Shown one piece after another: positions 27,645-38,822 of a stretch of 64,000 nucleotides of DNA. The stretch comes from an uncultured Actinomycetes bacterium. GTDB lineage: Bacteria > Actinomycetota > Thermoleophilia > Solirubrobacterales > 70-9. Both the position numbers and the translations under genes were made by a program. The notes under the pieces were generated by a model that did not search any database, was not told the origin of the DNA, and worked only from the letters and a program-made list of their open reading frames with translations. Location: contig CAWHSV010000008.1 in the NCBI GenBank assembly GCA_963832065.1, positions 80,671 through 144,670 of the forward strand. Reading direction: 5' to 3'. The number at the start of each line of letters is the position of its first letter. The stretch's first letter is position 1.

Positions 27645-29858
27645 TAGAGCGGGATCGGGTCGGCGGCGCTCGGCGCCGAAGCGCGGGCGGGCGGCGTCGA
27701 GCAGCGGGCCGAGCGCCGGCGTCGGCGAGCGAGCCGTGGCGGCGCAGCAGCGCCAGCACCTCCTCGCGGGCCGCGAGCAGGGTCGGCGTGTCGTCGGGCA
27801 GCTCGGCGACGGCGAAGCGCGGCAGGCCGTGCTGGCGGGTGCCGAGGATCTCGCCCTCGCCGCGCAGGCTGAGGTCGACCTCGGCCAGCTTGAAGCCGTC
27901 GCGCTCGTCGGCGACCGCCTGCAGCCGCCGCCGCGCCATCCTCCCCGCCTCTTCGGCGAAGAGCAAGCACATGCGAGTCGTGCTCGCCGCGGCCGACCCG
28001 GCCGCGCAGCTGGTGCAGCTGGGAGACGCCGTAGCGCTCCGCCCCCTCGATCACCATCACGGTCGCGTTGGCGACGTCGATGCCGACCTCGATCACGCGT
28101 CGTCGCCACGAGCACGTCGGTCGCGCCGGCGGCGAAGGCCGCGCATCGCCTCCGCCTTCGCGGCCGACGGCATCTGGCCGTGCAGGACGCCGACCTCGAA
28201 GTCGCGCAGCTCCCCCGCGGCGCAGCCGCTCCGCCTCCTCCTCCGCCGCCTTCCCCTGCAGCTTCTCCGACTCGTCGACCAGCGGGCAGACGACGTAGGC
28301 CTGGCGGCCCTCGCGCAGCCGCTCGCGCATGAACTCGTAGGCGCCGGCACGGCGCTCCTCGTCGACCAGCCAGGTCTCGACCGGCTGGCGGCCCGCGGGC
28401 AGCTCGTGCAGCGCCGTCGTGTCGAGGTCGCCGTAGGCGGTCAGGGAGAGCGTGCGGGGGATCGGCGTCGCGGTCATGTGCAGGACGTGCGGGCGCCATC
28501 CCCTGCACTCCCTTCGCGTCGAGAGCGCGGCGCTGCTCGACCCCGAAGCGGTGCTGCTCGTCGACGACGCAGACGGCCGAGGCGGGCGAACTCGACCGCT
28601 GGGCTCGATCAGCGCGTGGGTGCCGACGACCAGTCCCAGCTCGCCGCTGGCGAGCCGGCTCGAGGGCTTGCTTGCGGTCGCGGCGCGGGCGTCGCCCCGG
28701 TCAGCAGCGCGAAGGGGATCGCCTCGTCGGCCAGCAGGCGGTCCGAGCGTCGACCGCGTGCTGCTCGGCCAGGGTCTCGGTCGGCGCCATCAGCGCCGCC
28801 TGGTAGCCCGGCTTCCAGCGCCCGCAGCATCGAGTAGAGCGGCGACCACCGTCTTGCCGCCGCCGACCTCGCCCATCAGCAGCCGCTGCATCGGCTCGCC
28901 GGAGTCGAGGTCGGCGTCGATCTCGTCGAACGCCTGCAGCTGATCGCTCGGTCGGCTCGAACGGCAGCGAGTCGATCCAGCGGCCCACCGGCTCGCCTGG
29001 CTTGCCGAGCCGCGGCGCCGGCCGAGCGCGCTGCGGTGCGGTCCGCTTGCGGCGTGGCGAGCAGCGCCTGGTGCAGGAACAGCTCCTCGAAGGCGAGCCG
29101 CGCGGCGCGCCGTCTCGGCTTCCTCGGGCTCTCCGGGAAATGAGCCGCCCGCACCGCGTCGCCGACCCCGGCGAGCCCGCGCCGCGCTCGCAGCTCCGCC
29201 GGCAGTCCCTCGATCGCGTTCGGCGCCCACCTGCTGCCTGCTCCGCCCAGTCCCGCATCCGCTGCGCTTTCAGGCCTCGGTCGCCGGGTGGACGGGGACG
29301 AAGCCGGTCGGCCGCGGATCCCGAGGGGAGGGTCCTGCGGGCGGACGGTCGGCCGTTCTCGGACCTCGCCCTCGCCGCCCCCGGCGGCGACGAGCTCGTA
29401 CTCGTTCACCGGAAGCCGCGTCTGTCCAGCTTGCCGGTCAGCAGCAGCCGGGCCCCCGGCGCCAGCTTCTCCGCCAGCCAGGGCTGGTTGAACCAGGTCG
29501 CCCTGACGTGACCGCGTCTCGTCGCCGACTTTGACCTGGATGATGCTGAGGCCGCGGCGGCGGAACGGGCGCGGCTTGCAGCCGCGGACCTCGACCAGGA
29601 CGGTCGCCTCCTTCCCTAGCCTCGAGCTCCGCCAGCGGCGCTGATCGCTGCGGTCGCGGTGGCTGTGCGGGAACGCGGAAGCAGGAGGTCGCCGACGGTG
29701 TGCGATGCCGGCCTCGGCGGCGGCTTCGGCGAGCTTCGGGCCGACGCCGTCGAGGGCCTGGAGCGGGAGCTCGAGCGCGCTGGGGCGCGGCCAGTGGACC
29801 GGGGCGGCGAGGAGTGCTCGCGCGGCTGAGCTCGCGCGGCGCCGGCGAAGGAGCGCAC
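27644..29858 (-). CDS. recG: ATP-dependent DNA helicase RecG, many frameshifts
   Basis: Fragments lie in three frames: [20 protein letters not shown] (N-terminus), [14 protein letters not shown] (Walker A), [18 protein letters not shown], and [37 protein letters not shown]. The stop at 27644-27646 overlaps the rsmD ATG. Confidence 0.8.
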
Positions 29859-31499
29859 TACTGGGCGGCGAGCAGCCACCACCAGTTCGGCTGGCCGCCC
29901 TCGTGGGTCTCGACCTCGACCCCGTCGGGAACGTGGGTGTCGATCTCCGCGAGCGGGATCGGGGCGTCCTCGCCCGCGATCACGGTGACGATCTCCGCCC
30001 CCTCGGCGAGGCGCTGGATCGTCTGCCGCGAGGGTCGAGCCGGCGCCGCCCCAGGCGACGATCTCGCCCGCGACGAAGCCGACCGCGTCGCCTTGCTTGA
30101 AGCGCCCTTGGGCGTCGTCGCGGGCGGCGGGGGCGACGCCGCCGGTCGCCACCTCCTCCAGGGCCGCCTCCAGCCGTTCGCGCGTTCTCCTCGCGCCGAG
30201 GCCGCCGGGTCGAGCTCGACCAGCGCCAGCAGGCTGGCCTGCTGCGAGGTCGCCGCCACGACCCGCGCCGGCTTCTCCGAGAGCTCGCAGGCGCGCTCGG
30301 CCGCCATCACCACGTTGGAGGAGCTGGGCAGGACCAGCACCTCTTCGGCCGGCACGCCGTGGATCCCGGCAAGCAGCTCGTAGGTCGACGGGTTGAGCGT
30401 CTCGCCGCCGGGGACGACGTGGGCGCCGAGCTCGGCGAAGAGGCGCTCGCATGCCGTCGCCGGCGGCGACGGCGATCGCCCCGGTGCGGCCGGCCGGGGC
30501 GCTCAGCCGGGCGCGCGCGCTCGGCCATCTGCTCGCGCATGTCGGCGACGTCGAGGTTCGTCACCTCGCCAGCCCCCTCGAAGAGCGCCACCGCCGCCTC
30601 GGGCTCGTCGGTGTGGACATGGACCTTGAGCGTCGCCTCGTCGCCGACGACGAGGACCGAGTCGCCCAGCTCCTCCAGCCGCGGGAGGAACTCGCGCGAG
30701 GCGAGGCCGCTGCCGGCGACGATGAAGTTGGTGCAGTAGCGGAAGCGGCTGTCCTCGTGGTGGGGACGGCTGAGCCGCGGGCGCCTCGTAGTGGGACACC
30801 TCCGGCAGCTCCGTCGTCGCCCCGCAGCGCCGCGACCACTCCGGCCAGGATCAGCACCAGGCCGTGCCCGCCGGCGTCGACGACGCCGGACTCGCGCAGC
30901 ACGTCGAGCTGCTCCGGCGTCCGCGCCACCGCCCGCTCGCCGTCGGCGATCGCCCGCTCCAGCACCTCGGCGAGCATCGCGTCCTGCTCGGCGTCGCCGA
31001 CGTCGCGGCCGAGCCGCTGCTTGTCGGCCTCGAGGTGGGCGAGCTGGCGGGTCGACCGAGTGCGCCATCTCGCGGAAAACGGTCAGCATCGTGCCCTCGG
31101 CCGGCTCGCGCACCGACTCGTAGGCGGCGTCGGCGGCGCGGGCGAAGGCGGCGGCGACGAGGACCGGGTCGACCAGCTCGCCGGGGCGGCTGGCCAGCTC
31201 CTCGGCGGCGCCGCGGACGATCTGGCTGAGGATCACGCCGGAGTTGCCGCGGGCGCCCATCAGCGCCGCCCGGGCCAGCGCCTGCACCAGCTGCGTGCGG
31301 CCGACCTCGTCGACCTCGAGGCCGTCGAGGCGGTCGAGCTCCTCCATCACGGCGCGCATCGTCATCGCCATGTTGTCGCCGGTGTCGCCGTCGGCGACCG
31401 GGAAGACGTTGAGGTCGTTGACCTCCTGGCGTCGCGCCTCCAGGAGGCGTAGGCGGAGATGATGACCCGCCGGAAGCGGGCGATCGAGGGATCGGGCAC
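29858..31499 (-). CDS. DAK2-domain fusion protein (YloV family), several frameshifts
   Basis: GTG at 31499. The N-terminus reads LNVFPVADGDTGDNMAMTM...GARGNSGVILSQI (Dak2 domain). The C-terminal DegV-like part is in ORFs 30561..30977 and 29858..30355. Confidence 0.75.
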
Positions 31500-31572
31500 G
31501 GGCTGAATCTACCGCACTCCGGGCGGGCTAGCGCGTCCCGCAGCGCGTCTCGGTCATCCCCCTACGCGCAGC

Positions 31573-31765
31573 TCAGGCCGCCTTGGTGACCTTGTTCGAC
31601 TTCAGGCAGCGCGTGCAGACGTAGGCGCGCACGCGGGCGGCCGCTCTCCTGGATCCGCACCTTCTGCAGGTTCGGGTCGAAGCGCCGCTTGGTGGCGACC
31701 ATCGAGTGGCTGCGGGACTGGCCGAACGCCGGCCCCTTGCCGCAGCTGTGGCATACCTTGGCCAT
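31573..31765 (-). CDS. rpmB: 50S ribosomal protein L28, one frameshift near 31650
   Basis: [40 protein letters not shown], then after the shift [20 protein letters not shown], with stop at 31573-31575. Confidence 0.85.
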
Positions 31766-31788
31766 GAGGATCGTGGATGGTAGCCAGA

Positions 31789-32282
31789 TCAGACGCAGTC
31801 TTGCGCTTCAGCAGGGCCATGCGGGCGACGGTGAGGGCGGCGTTGCGGCCCTGGTCGCGCTTGCCGCCGCCGGCGCGGGCCAGGGCCTGCTCCATGTTGT
31901 CGCAGGTGATGACGCCGAAGGCGCAGGGCACGCCGGTCTCGAGCTGGACGTCCTGGATGCCGCGGGCGGCCTCGGCGCAGACGAAGTCGTAGTGGTCGGT
32001 CTCGCCGCGGATCACGGCGCCGAGGCAGGCGACGCCGGCGAAGCGCGCCGTTCGGCAAAGAGCTTGGCGGCGAAGGGCAGCTCGTAGGCGCCGGGGACGT
32101 CGAGACCTGGGCGACCGAGCCGCTCGGGACCCCGGCGATCTCGAAGCCCTCGCTGGCGCCGTTGAGCAGCCGCTGGGCGAGGTCCTCGTAGAAGCGGCCG
32201 ACGCAGACGGCGAACGCCAGCGGCGAGAGCGTCGCTGCTCGCCCTCGGTGAACTCCTCCAGGAAGGCGCCGGCCTCAGCCAT
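31789..32282 (-). CDS. ribH: 6,7-dimethyl-8-ribityllumazine synthase, frameshifted
   Basis: ATG at 32282 ([11 protein letters not shown]). Fragments are [15 protein letters not shown] and [55 protein letters not shown]. The 3' end is uncertain. Confidence 0.8.
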
Positions 32283-33611
32283 TGCCGTCCTTGCCGTCCT
32301 TCCGCGTCGCGTTCCTCCTCGTCGTGGATCATCTCCTCGTCGAGCGCCAGGCCCTGGTGGTGCAGCGAGTGGCCCATCTTGTCGCGCTTGGCCCGCAGGT
32401 AGGCCTCGTTGTGCGGGTTGGGAACCGACTCGATCGGCACCTGCTCGCTGACCGAGAGCCCGTAGCCCTCGAGGCCGACGATCTTCTTCGGGTTGTTGGT
32501 GAGGATGCGGATGCTGGTCAGGCCGAGGTCGACGAGGATCTGGGCGCCGATGCCGTAGTCGCGCAGGTCGGCCGGCAGACCGAGCTTGAGGTTGGCCTCG
32601 ACGGTGTCGGCGCCCTCCTCCTGCAGCTTGTAGGCGCGCAGCTTGTTGAGCAGGCCGATGCCGCGACCCTCCTGGGAGAGGTAGAGCAGCACGCCCTGGC
32701 CCTCGCGCTCGATCATCGCCAGCGCCGCGGCCGAGCTGCTCGCCGCAGTCGCAGCGCATGCTGTGGAAGACGTCGCCGGTGAGGCACTCGCTGTGGACGC
32801 GGACGAGCACGTCCTCGGCCCCGTCGACCTCGCCCTTGACCATCGCCACGTGGTGTTTGTCGTCGACCAGCGAGCGGTAGCCGACGGCGGTGAAGTCGCC
32901 GAAGGCGGTCGGCAGCGCGGTGTCGACGACCCGCTCGACCAGCTTCTCGGTGCGGCGGCGGTAGGCGATCAGCTCGGCGACGGTGATCATCTTCAGGCCG
33001 TGCTTCTCGCAGTAGGGGATGAGGTCGGGGACGCGGGCCATGGTGCCGTCGTCGTTCATCACCTCGCAGATCACCCCGGCCGGGATGAGGCCGGCGAGTC
33101 GGGCGAGATCGACGCTGGCCTCGGTGTGGCCGGTGCGCTCGAGGACGCCCCCGTCCTTGGCCCGCAGCGGGAAACATGTGGCCGGGGACGACGATGTCGC
33201 GCGGGCCCGACTCGGGGTCGATCGCGACCTGGATCGTGTGGGCGCGGTCGTGGGCGGAGATGCCGGTGCTGACACCGCCAGCGGCCTCGATCGTGACCGT
33301 GAACGCGGTCTGCAGCGGCGCCTCGTTCTTGGCCGCCATCAGCCTGAGGCCGAGCTGCTCGCAGCGCTCCGCGGTCAGCGCCAGGCAGATCAGCCCGCGC
33401 GCCTCCTTGGCCATGAAGTTGACCGCCTCGGGCGTCGCGAACTGCGCCGCCATCACCAGGTCGCCCTCGTTCTCGCGGTCCTCGCCGTCGCAGACGACGA
33501 CCATGCGGCCGCGGCGGATCTCCTCGATCGCCTCCTCGATGGTCGCGAACGGGCTCTCGCCCCGCGCTCGGTCACCATGCGTTCGCTTTCGGTCTCGGTC
33601 TTGTGACTCAC
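32275..33611 (-). CDS. ribBA: Bifunctional 3,4-dihydroxy-2-butanone-4-phosphate synthase / GTP cyclohydrolase II, at least four frameshifts
   Basis: [13 protein letters not shown]...ISAHDR; PGHMFP|[17 protein letters not shown], with an extra base in the GGG run 33169-33171; [18 protein letters not shown]|...[29 protein letters not shown]. The GTG start overlaps the ribE TGA. Confidence 0.85.
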
Positions 33612-34214
33612 GCTCGCTCCTTTCCAGCGAATGGTGCCAGCAACCGCTCCACGTACTTGGCCACGATGTCGCACTCGACGTTCGGCTTGCTTCCCGGCTC
33701 GAGCTCGCCGAGGTTGGTTCGCTCCAGGGTCTCCGGGATCAGCGAGACCTCGACCCAGCCCTCGCCCAGCACGGCGATCGTGAGGCTGACGCCACTCGAG
33801 CGCGATCGAGCCCTTGTCGACGGCGTAGCGGAGCAGCTCGGGGGCGAGGGCTACGCGAACTCGCCGAGCGAATCCGTCGTCCTCGACGGAAGCAACCTCG
33901 CCGACGCCGTCGACGTGCCCCTGGAGGATGTGGCCCCCGAGGCGATCCGAAGCCCGCATCGCCAGCTCGAGGTTGACCCGACCGCCAGGCTCGACGCCGC
34001 CGAGCGCGGTCACCGCCAGCGTCTGGTTCATCGCCTCGGTCTCGAAACCGCCGTCGTCGATAGCGCTCGCCGTCAGGCAGACGCCGTCGACTGCGACCGA
34101 GTCGCCCAGGGCGATGTCGGGTCCGAGCCCCGTCGCGATTCGCAGACGCGCGCCCTCGCCGCCGCTCTCGACGGACTCGACTCGGCCTATGTCCTGGATC
34201 AAGCCCGTGAACAC
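33608..34214 (-). CDS. ribE: Riboflavin synthase (alpha chain), frameshifted
   Basis: MFTGLIQDIGRV...GDSVAVDGVCLT...GHILQGHVDG, then VDKGSIAL|DGVSLT in a second frame. The stop is at 33608-33610. Confidence 0.8.
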
Positions 34215-34215
34215 G

Positions 34216-35361
34216 TCACCACTCCTTGTAGCGGGCCGTGATCAGCGTGTCGTCGCCGACCTGCCTGGCGGTCGACTCCAAAGCGATCCGGCGCGCGGGC
34301 CCTGTCGCGGCAAGAACGGGGGCGCTGCGGGCGGGCTCGTCCTCGACCCCCCCTTCCCCCGCGCGAGAATCCGCCAACAGGATCGGCGCGACGAAGGTGC
34401 GGGACTGATCGAGCTGGTCGGCTTCTGCAAATGCGGTGGCCAGGCTTTGTCCGCCCTCCAAGAACAGACTGGTGATTTCGCGGCGGCCGAGGTCCGCCAG
34501 GGCCGAGACGATGCGGTCGGCGGGAGTCGCGCCTCCGGCGACGAGGATCTCGGCGCCGGCGTCTTCGAGCGCAGCCGCGCGGGTCGGATCGGCGTCGGGC
34601 GCGGCGACGACGAGCACCGGGGACCGGTCGAGGGTCGCGAGGAGCTGGGAGTCGAGCGGGAGGCGGGCTTGGGAGTCGAAGACGACGCGGAGCGGCTGGC
34701 GGGCATCGGCGTGGCGGGCCGTGAGGAGTGGGTCGTCGGCGAGGACGGTGCCGATGCCGACGGCGATCGCGTCGGTTTCGGCGCGCCACCTGTGTACGAG
34801 GTCACGGCTGGCCTCGCCGGAGATCCAGGGGGAGTCGCCGGCGGCGGTGGCGGTGCGGCCGTCGAGCGACATCGCCAGCTTCAGGGTGACCAGGGGCAGG
34901 CCGGTGCGGGCGTGCTTGCGAAAGGACTGGTTGAGCAGGCGGGCAGAAGCGGCCTCGGCGCCAGCCGCGAAGACGACCTCGACGCCGCCGTCGCGGAGGA
35001 TGCCCGGCCCGCGCCCCGCGGCCTTCTCGCTGGGGTCGTCGGAGGCGATCACGACCCGGGCTATCCCAGCCTCCAGAATCGCCTCCACGCACGGCGGCTG
35101 TCGCCCCTCGTGCGCGCACGGCTCCAACGTCACGTACATCGTCGCCCCCGCCGGCGTCTCTCCCCTCGCCTCGCAATCTCCCAGCGCCGCCCTCTCGGCA
35201 TGCAACCCCCCGAACTCGGCATGAAACCCCTCGCCGATGACCTCACCGCTTCGCACGAGGACAGCTCCCACAAGCGGGTTGGGACTGACGCGCCCCCTGC
35301 CATGCTCAGCCAGCCCCAAGGCCCGCTGCAGATGGATTCGATCCGTCTCGGTCAGCTGCAT
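34216..35361 (-). CDS. ribD: Bifunctional diaminohydroxyphosphoribosylaminopyrimidine deaminase / 5-amino-6-(5-phosphoribosylamino)uracil reductase
   Basis: Intact 381-aa ORF with SPNPLVGAV, HAERAAL, TLEPCAHEGRQPPC and LKLAMSLDGR. Confidence 0.9.
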   Translation of the reverse strand: MQLTETDRIHLQRALGLAEHGRGRVSPNPLVGAVLVRSGEVIGEGFHAEFGGLHAERAALGDCEARGETPAGATMYVTLEPCAHEGRQPPCVEAILEAGIARVVIASDDPSEKAAGRGPGILRDGGVEVVFAAGAEAASARLLNQSFRKHARTGLPLVTLKLAMSLDGRTATAAGDSPWISGEASRDLVHRWRAETDAIAVGIGTVLADDPLLTARHADARQPLRVVFDSQARLPLDSQLLATLDRSPVLVVAAPDADPTRAAALEDAGAEILVAGGATPADRIVSALADLGRREITSLFLEGGQSLATAFAEADQLDQSRTFVAPILLADSRAGEGGVEDEPARSAPVLAATGPARRIALESTARQVGDDTLITARYKEW

Positions 35362-35374
35362 CTCATCGACTGAT

Positions 35375-35388
35375 TGACTGGTCAGTCA
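35375..35388. promoter_or_regulatory. 14-bp perfect palindrome TGACTG-GT-CAGTCA in the ribD/glycosyltransferase divergent spacer (possible operator)
   Basis: Read directly from the 87-bp gap between the ribD start (35361) and the GT start (35449). Confidence 0.3.
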
Positions 35389-35448
35389 GCCAATGCTATC
35401 GCGCCGAGACCCGCGCGCCGACCCCCCGGATACCCTGACCGCCCCGCC

Positions 35449-36438
35449 ATGAAGCTGATCATCCAGATCCCGTGCCTCAACGAGGAGGCAACCCTGCCGG
35501 CGACGATCGCCGACCTGCCGCGCCGGCTCGACGGTTTCGACGAGGTCGAGCTGCTGATCGTCGACGACGGCTCGACCGACCGCACGATCGAGGTCGCGCG
35601 CGAGAACGGGGTCGAGCACATCGTCCGCCTGACCAACAATAAGGGCCTCGCGGCAGCATTCCAGGCGGGTCTCGACGCCAGCCTCAAGCTCGGCGCCGAC
35701 GTCGTCGTCAACACCGACGCCGACAACCAGTACCGCGGCGCCGACGTCGCGAAGCTGGTCGCGCCGATCCTCGCCGGCGTGGCCGACATGGTCGTCGGCG
35801 ACCGGCAGGTCTCGCAGATCGACCACTTCTCCGGTTCCAAAAAGGGCCTGCAGCGGCTCGGCAGCTGGGTCGTGCGACGGCTCTCGGGAACGGCGATCAC
35901 CGACACCACCTCCGGCTTCCGCGGCTACAACCGCGAGGCGGCGCTGCAGCTGCTGGTCGTCGACAACTTCACCTACACGCTGGAGAGCCTGATCCAGGCC
36001 GGCAAGATGCTGGTCGCGGTCGACGAGGTGAGGATCGGGACCAACCCGCAGATGCGCGAGTCGCGGCTGTTCGGCTCGACTGGGGCCTACGTGCGCCGCA
36101 ACGGCCCGGCGATCCTGCGCAGCTACGCTCGCTACGAGCCGCTGCGCGCCTTCGCCACGGCGGGGCTGATCGTGCTGGCCCTGGCCCTGGCGGCCTGGAT
36201 GCCGTTCCTGATCGACTGGATCTTCAACGGCGACAGCAGCGGCCACGTCCAGTCGCTGATCCTCGGCGCCGTCCTCTTCATCGCCGCCGTGCAGCTGTTC
36301 GCGCTCGGGGTCATCGGCGACCTGCTGGCCGGGCAGCGGGTGATGACGCAGCGGGTCTTCGAGCGGGTGCGGCGGGTCGAGCTGGCGCTCGGCGTCGAGC
36401 CCTCCCACTACGAACCGGGCAAGCCGCAGTCCCGATGA
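35449..36438 (+). CDS. Family 2 glycosyltransferase with C-terminal transmembrane helices
   Basis: The internal ATG at 35449 gives MKLIIQIPCLNEE...LLIVDDGSTDRT...NTDADNQY...TSGFRGY, followed by two TM helices. Confidence 0.8.
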   Translation: MKLIIQIPCLNEEATLPATIADLPRRLDGFDEVELLIVDDGSTDRTIEVARENGVEHIVRLTNNKGLAAAFQAGLDASLKLGADVVVNTDADNQYRGADVAKLVAPILAGVADMVVGDRQVSQIDHFSGSKKGLQRLGSWVVRRLSGTAITDTTSGFRGYNREAALQLLVVDNFTYTLESLIQAGKMLVAVDEVRIGTNPQMRESRLFGSTGAYVRRNGPAILRSYARYEPLRAFATAGLIVLALALAAWMPFLIDWIFNGDSSGHVQSLILGAVLFIAAVQLFALGVIGDLLAGQRVMTQRVFERVRRVELALGVEPSHYEPGKPQSR

Positions 36439-37844
36439 GCAACGCCGCGGAGGGCGGTGGCGGCCGCGTCGCCAGCTCGGCCGATTACGGCAAGACCGCG
36501 AGCTTCCTCGCCATCGGCGTCGGCCTTACCGGTCTCATCACCTACGCCTACTTCCTGATCGCCTCGCACGTCCTCTCCAAGCCCGACTACGGGCAGATCA
36601 CGGTGCTCTGGTCGGCCGTTTTCATCACCATCTCGACCCTCTACCGACCGGTCGAACAGCTGCTCTCCCGGCACATCTCCGAACGGCTGGTGAAGGGCGA
36701 GCCGATCGCCCAGGAGATGCGGGTCGCCTCGACGATCCAGCTCGGCCTGGCCTTGTTCTTCGCCGTCGTCGCCCTGGTCCTGCGGGGGCCGATCCAGGAC
36801 GGCCTGCTGGAAGGCAACGAAAGCCTCTATTGGGTCTTCTTCGGCGCCGTCCTCTTCTATGCCGCCAGCTACTTCGCCCGTGGCTTCCTCGCCGGGCAGG
36901 GCGCCTTCGGGACCTTCACGGCGCTGATCCTCTCCGAGTCGATCTTCCGCACCTCGTTCGCGGTCCTGGTCGCCATCGGCCTGCTGAGCGGGCAGTCGGC
37001 GGTGGCGGTCGGCATCGTCGCGGCGCCGAGCCTCTCGCTGCTGGTGGTGCCGCTGGCCTTTGCACGGCGGGCCAGGAAGACGCAGCGTGCCTCGCCTCCC
37101 GGCGCGCCGGGAGGCGGAACGGAGGACGTGCCGGCTGAGGACTTCTCGATGCGCCACGGCAGCGGCTTCGCGGCGGCCGTGATGGTGATCATGTTCAGCG
37201 AACAGGCCTTCCTCAACGCCGGTCCCCTGATCACCCGGGGTCTGCAGGGGGCGGCCGCGGCGGGCTTCATCTTCAACGTGCTGATGATCGCGCGGGCGCC
37301 GCTGCAGCTCTTCCAGGCGGTCTCGACCAGCATCCTCCCCCACCTGACCAGCCTCCACACCTCGAGCGAGGCCGACAGCGTGCGCGAGTTCCACCGAACC
37401 GTGCGAGCGGTCCTCCTGGGGATAGTCGCGTTCACCGCTCTTGCCGCGCTCGCCTTCCTCATCGCCGGCCCGCAGTCGATGCAACTCGCCTTCAGCGACA
37501 AGTTCAGCTACGACCGTCCCGGTCTGCTGCTGACGACGCTCGGCATGGGCCTCTATCTCGGCTCCGTCACCCTCAACCAGGCGTGCCTGGCGCAGGGACA
37601 GGTGCGGCGCGCCGCCGCCCGCTGGCTCGGCTGCGCCAGCTTCTTCATCGCCTGGAACTTCCTGCCGCTGATCGAGAACGAGTTCCGCCGCGTCGAGATC
37701 GGCTTCGCGCTCACCGCCGGTGTGCTCTTCGCGCTGCTCTACCTCGTCTACCGCCGCCCGCGCGAACGAGCCGAGGACGTCCCCCAAGCAGGGTCGGCGG
37801 AGGAGCTGGAGGCGCGGCTCGCCTCGATCGACGAGAACGTCTGA
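36435..37844 (+). CDS. Polytopic membrane protein, MOP/Wzx-like oligosaccharide flippase family (tentative)
   Basis: The 469-aa ORF has about 12-14 hydrophobic segments. Its start overlaps the GT stop (ATGA). The family call rests on topology and context only. Confidence 0.55.
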   Translation: MSNAAEGGGGRVASSADYGKTASFLAIGVGLTGLITYAYFLIASHVLSKPDYGQITVLWSAVFITISTLYRPVEQLLSRHISERLVKGEPIAQEMRVASTIQLGLALFFAVVALVLRGPIQDGLLEGNESLYWVFFGAVLFYAASYFARGFLAGQGAFGTFTALILSESIFRTSFAVLVAIGLLSGQSAVAVGIVAAPSLSLLVVPLAFARRARKTQRASPPGAPGGGTEDVPAEDFSMRHGSGFAAAVMVIMFSEQAFLNAGPLITRGLQGAAAAGFIFNVLMIARAPLQLFQAVSTSILPHLTSLHTSSEADSVREFHRTVRAVLLGIVAFTALAALAFLIAGPQSMQLAFSDKFSYDRPGLLLTTLGMGLYLGSVTLNQACLAQGQVRRAAARWLGCASFFIAWNFLPLIENEFRRVEIGFALTAGVLFALLYLVYRRPRERAEDVPQAGSAEELEARLASIDENV

Positions 37845-37855
37845 GTGAATCTGCC

Positions 37856-38215
37856 CTACTCGTCGGCTCTGTCTTCGTCCTCGGTCGAACCGAGAAACTG
37901 AATCGCCGACTCATGATCGGTAACCGTTGAAACGTAGAAGTGCTCGAGAGAGCCTCGGACCGGCCGCGTGTCCGTTAGAGCGATGGCGCCTTCTTCGCGG
38001 AGCACTCTGGTGTGGTAGCTGATGTTGCTGACAGGAAGACAAAAGGCTCTACCGAGCTCGCTGGGACTTCGGGCCTCGCCGGCCCTGTGAAGCGCTCGGA
38101 GGATTCTGCGACGAAGCGGATGGTTCAAAGCCCTCAGCAGCTCGCCGCTGCGTGGCAGTTTGCCGCGCCTGGTCGGAAAGCTGGCGTTTCGGCCTTGAGA
38201 TTTTTCCACTTTCAC
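37856..38215 (-). CDS. ArsR-like winged-helix DNA-binding protein
   Basis: LLRALNHPLRRRILRALHRAGEARSPSELGRAFCLPVSNISYHTRVLREEGAI. GC is lower than in the flanks. The GTG start overlaps the upstream stop (TAGTG). Confidence 0.7.
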   Translation of the reverse strand: MKVEKSQGRNASFPTRRGKLPRSGELLRALNHPLRRRILRALHRAGEARSPSELGRAFCLPVSNISYHTRVLREEGAIALTDTRPVRGSLEHFYVSTVTDHESAIQFLGSTEDEDRADE

Positions 38216-38694
38216 TACTCACGCTGACCCCGGCGCCGTTGGCCAAGTCGAATACTGATTGCAGGACGAGGGATGCGAAACATCGTGAGAAGCTTGGAAG
38301 AGTGGCGACGACCTGCGTTCCCCTTGTGATTTTGATCGAGCTGCTCGGTAGTCCGCAGAGCCGACTGCACATATGGATCCCCTGAGAGTCCGGAACGATA
38401 GAAAGGTGGGGTTCCGGGCGGGCGGTGAGAGGCGTCGTGGATTACGCCCCCGGACCGCTCTAAGACCTGAGCGTGGTAGTAGACCTCGCTCAGAGTGAAC
38501 TCAGGCACCTCACACGCGATCTCGCGGGCGCTCAGGGGACGCTCGCTTCGGTCGAGGGTACGCAGGATTTCCCGGCGAATGGGATTTTCGAGGGCGCGCT
38601 GAAGCTTCGGCCCTAACGCTGCGGCGATCTCGTTCGGCAGCCTTCCCTCGCCACCTCCGAGACTCTTCTGATTCATAGTGGAAAGTGCAAGCAT
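38215..38694 (-). CDS. ArsR-like winged-helix DNA-binding protein with a basic C-terminal tail
   Basis: LQRALENPIRREILRTLDRSERPLSAREIACEVPEFTLSEVYYHAQVLERSGGV. Confidence 0.65.
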   Translation of the reverse strand: MLALSTMNQKSLGGGEGRLPNEIAAALGPKLQRALENPIRREILRTLDRSERPLSAREIACEVPEFTLSEVYYHAQVLERSGGVIHDASHRPPGTPPFYRSGLSGDPYVQSALRTTEQLDQNHKGNAGRRHSSKLLTMFRIPRPAISIRLGQRRRGQRE

Positions 38695-38822
38695 GTCCTA
38701 GATTTGTCCGAATCCCGTGAGCAGTAAGGGATGATCGTGCAGTCTAGGGCGGCAGAAACGCTTTACGAAGGCAGTCTGTACCAGCAATCAGCCGTTAACC
38801 AGCGTCCGCCCTGACAGGGGAC

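Noticed and set aside
35362-35448. An FMN (RFN) riboswitch upstream of ribD.
   Set aside because: The spacer is only 87 nt and lacks the conserved RFN core.
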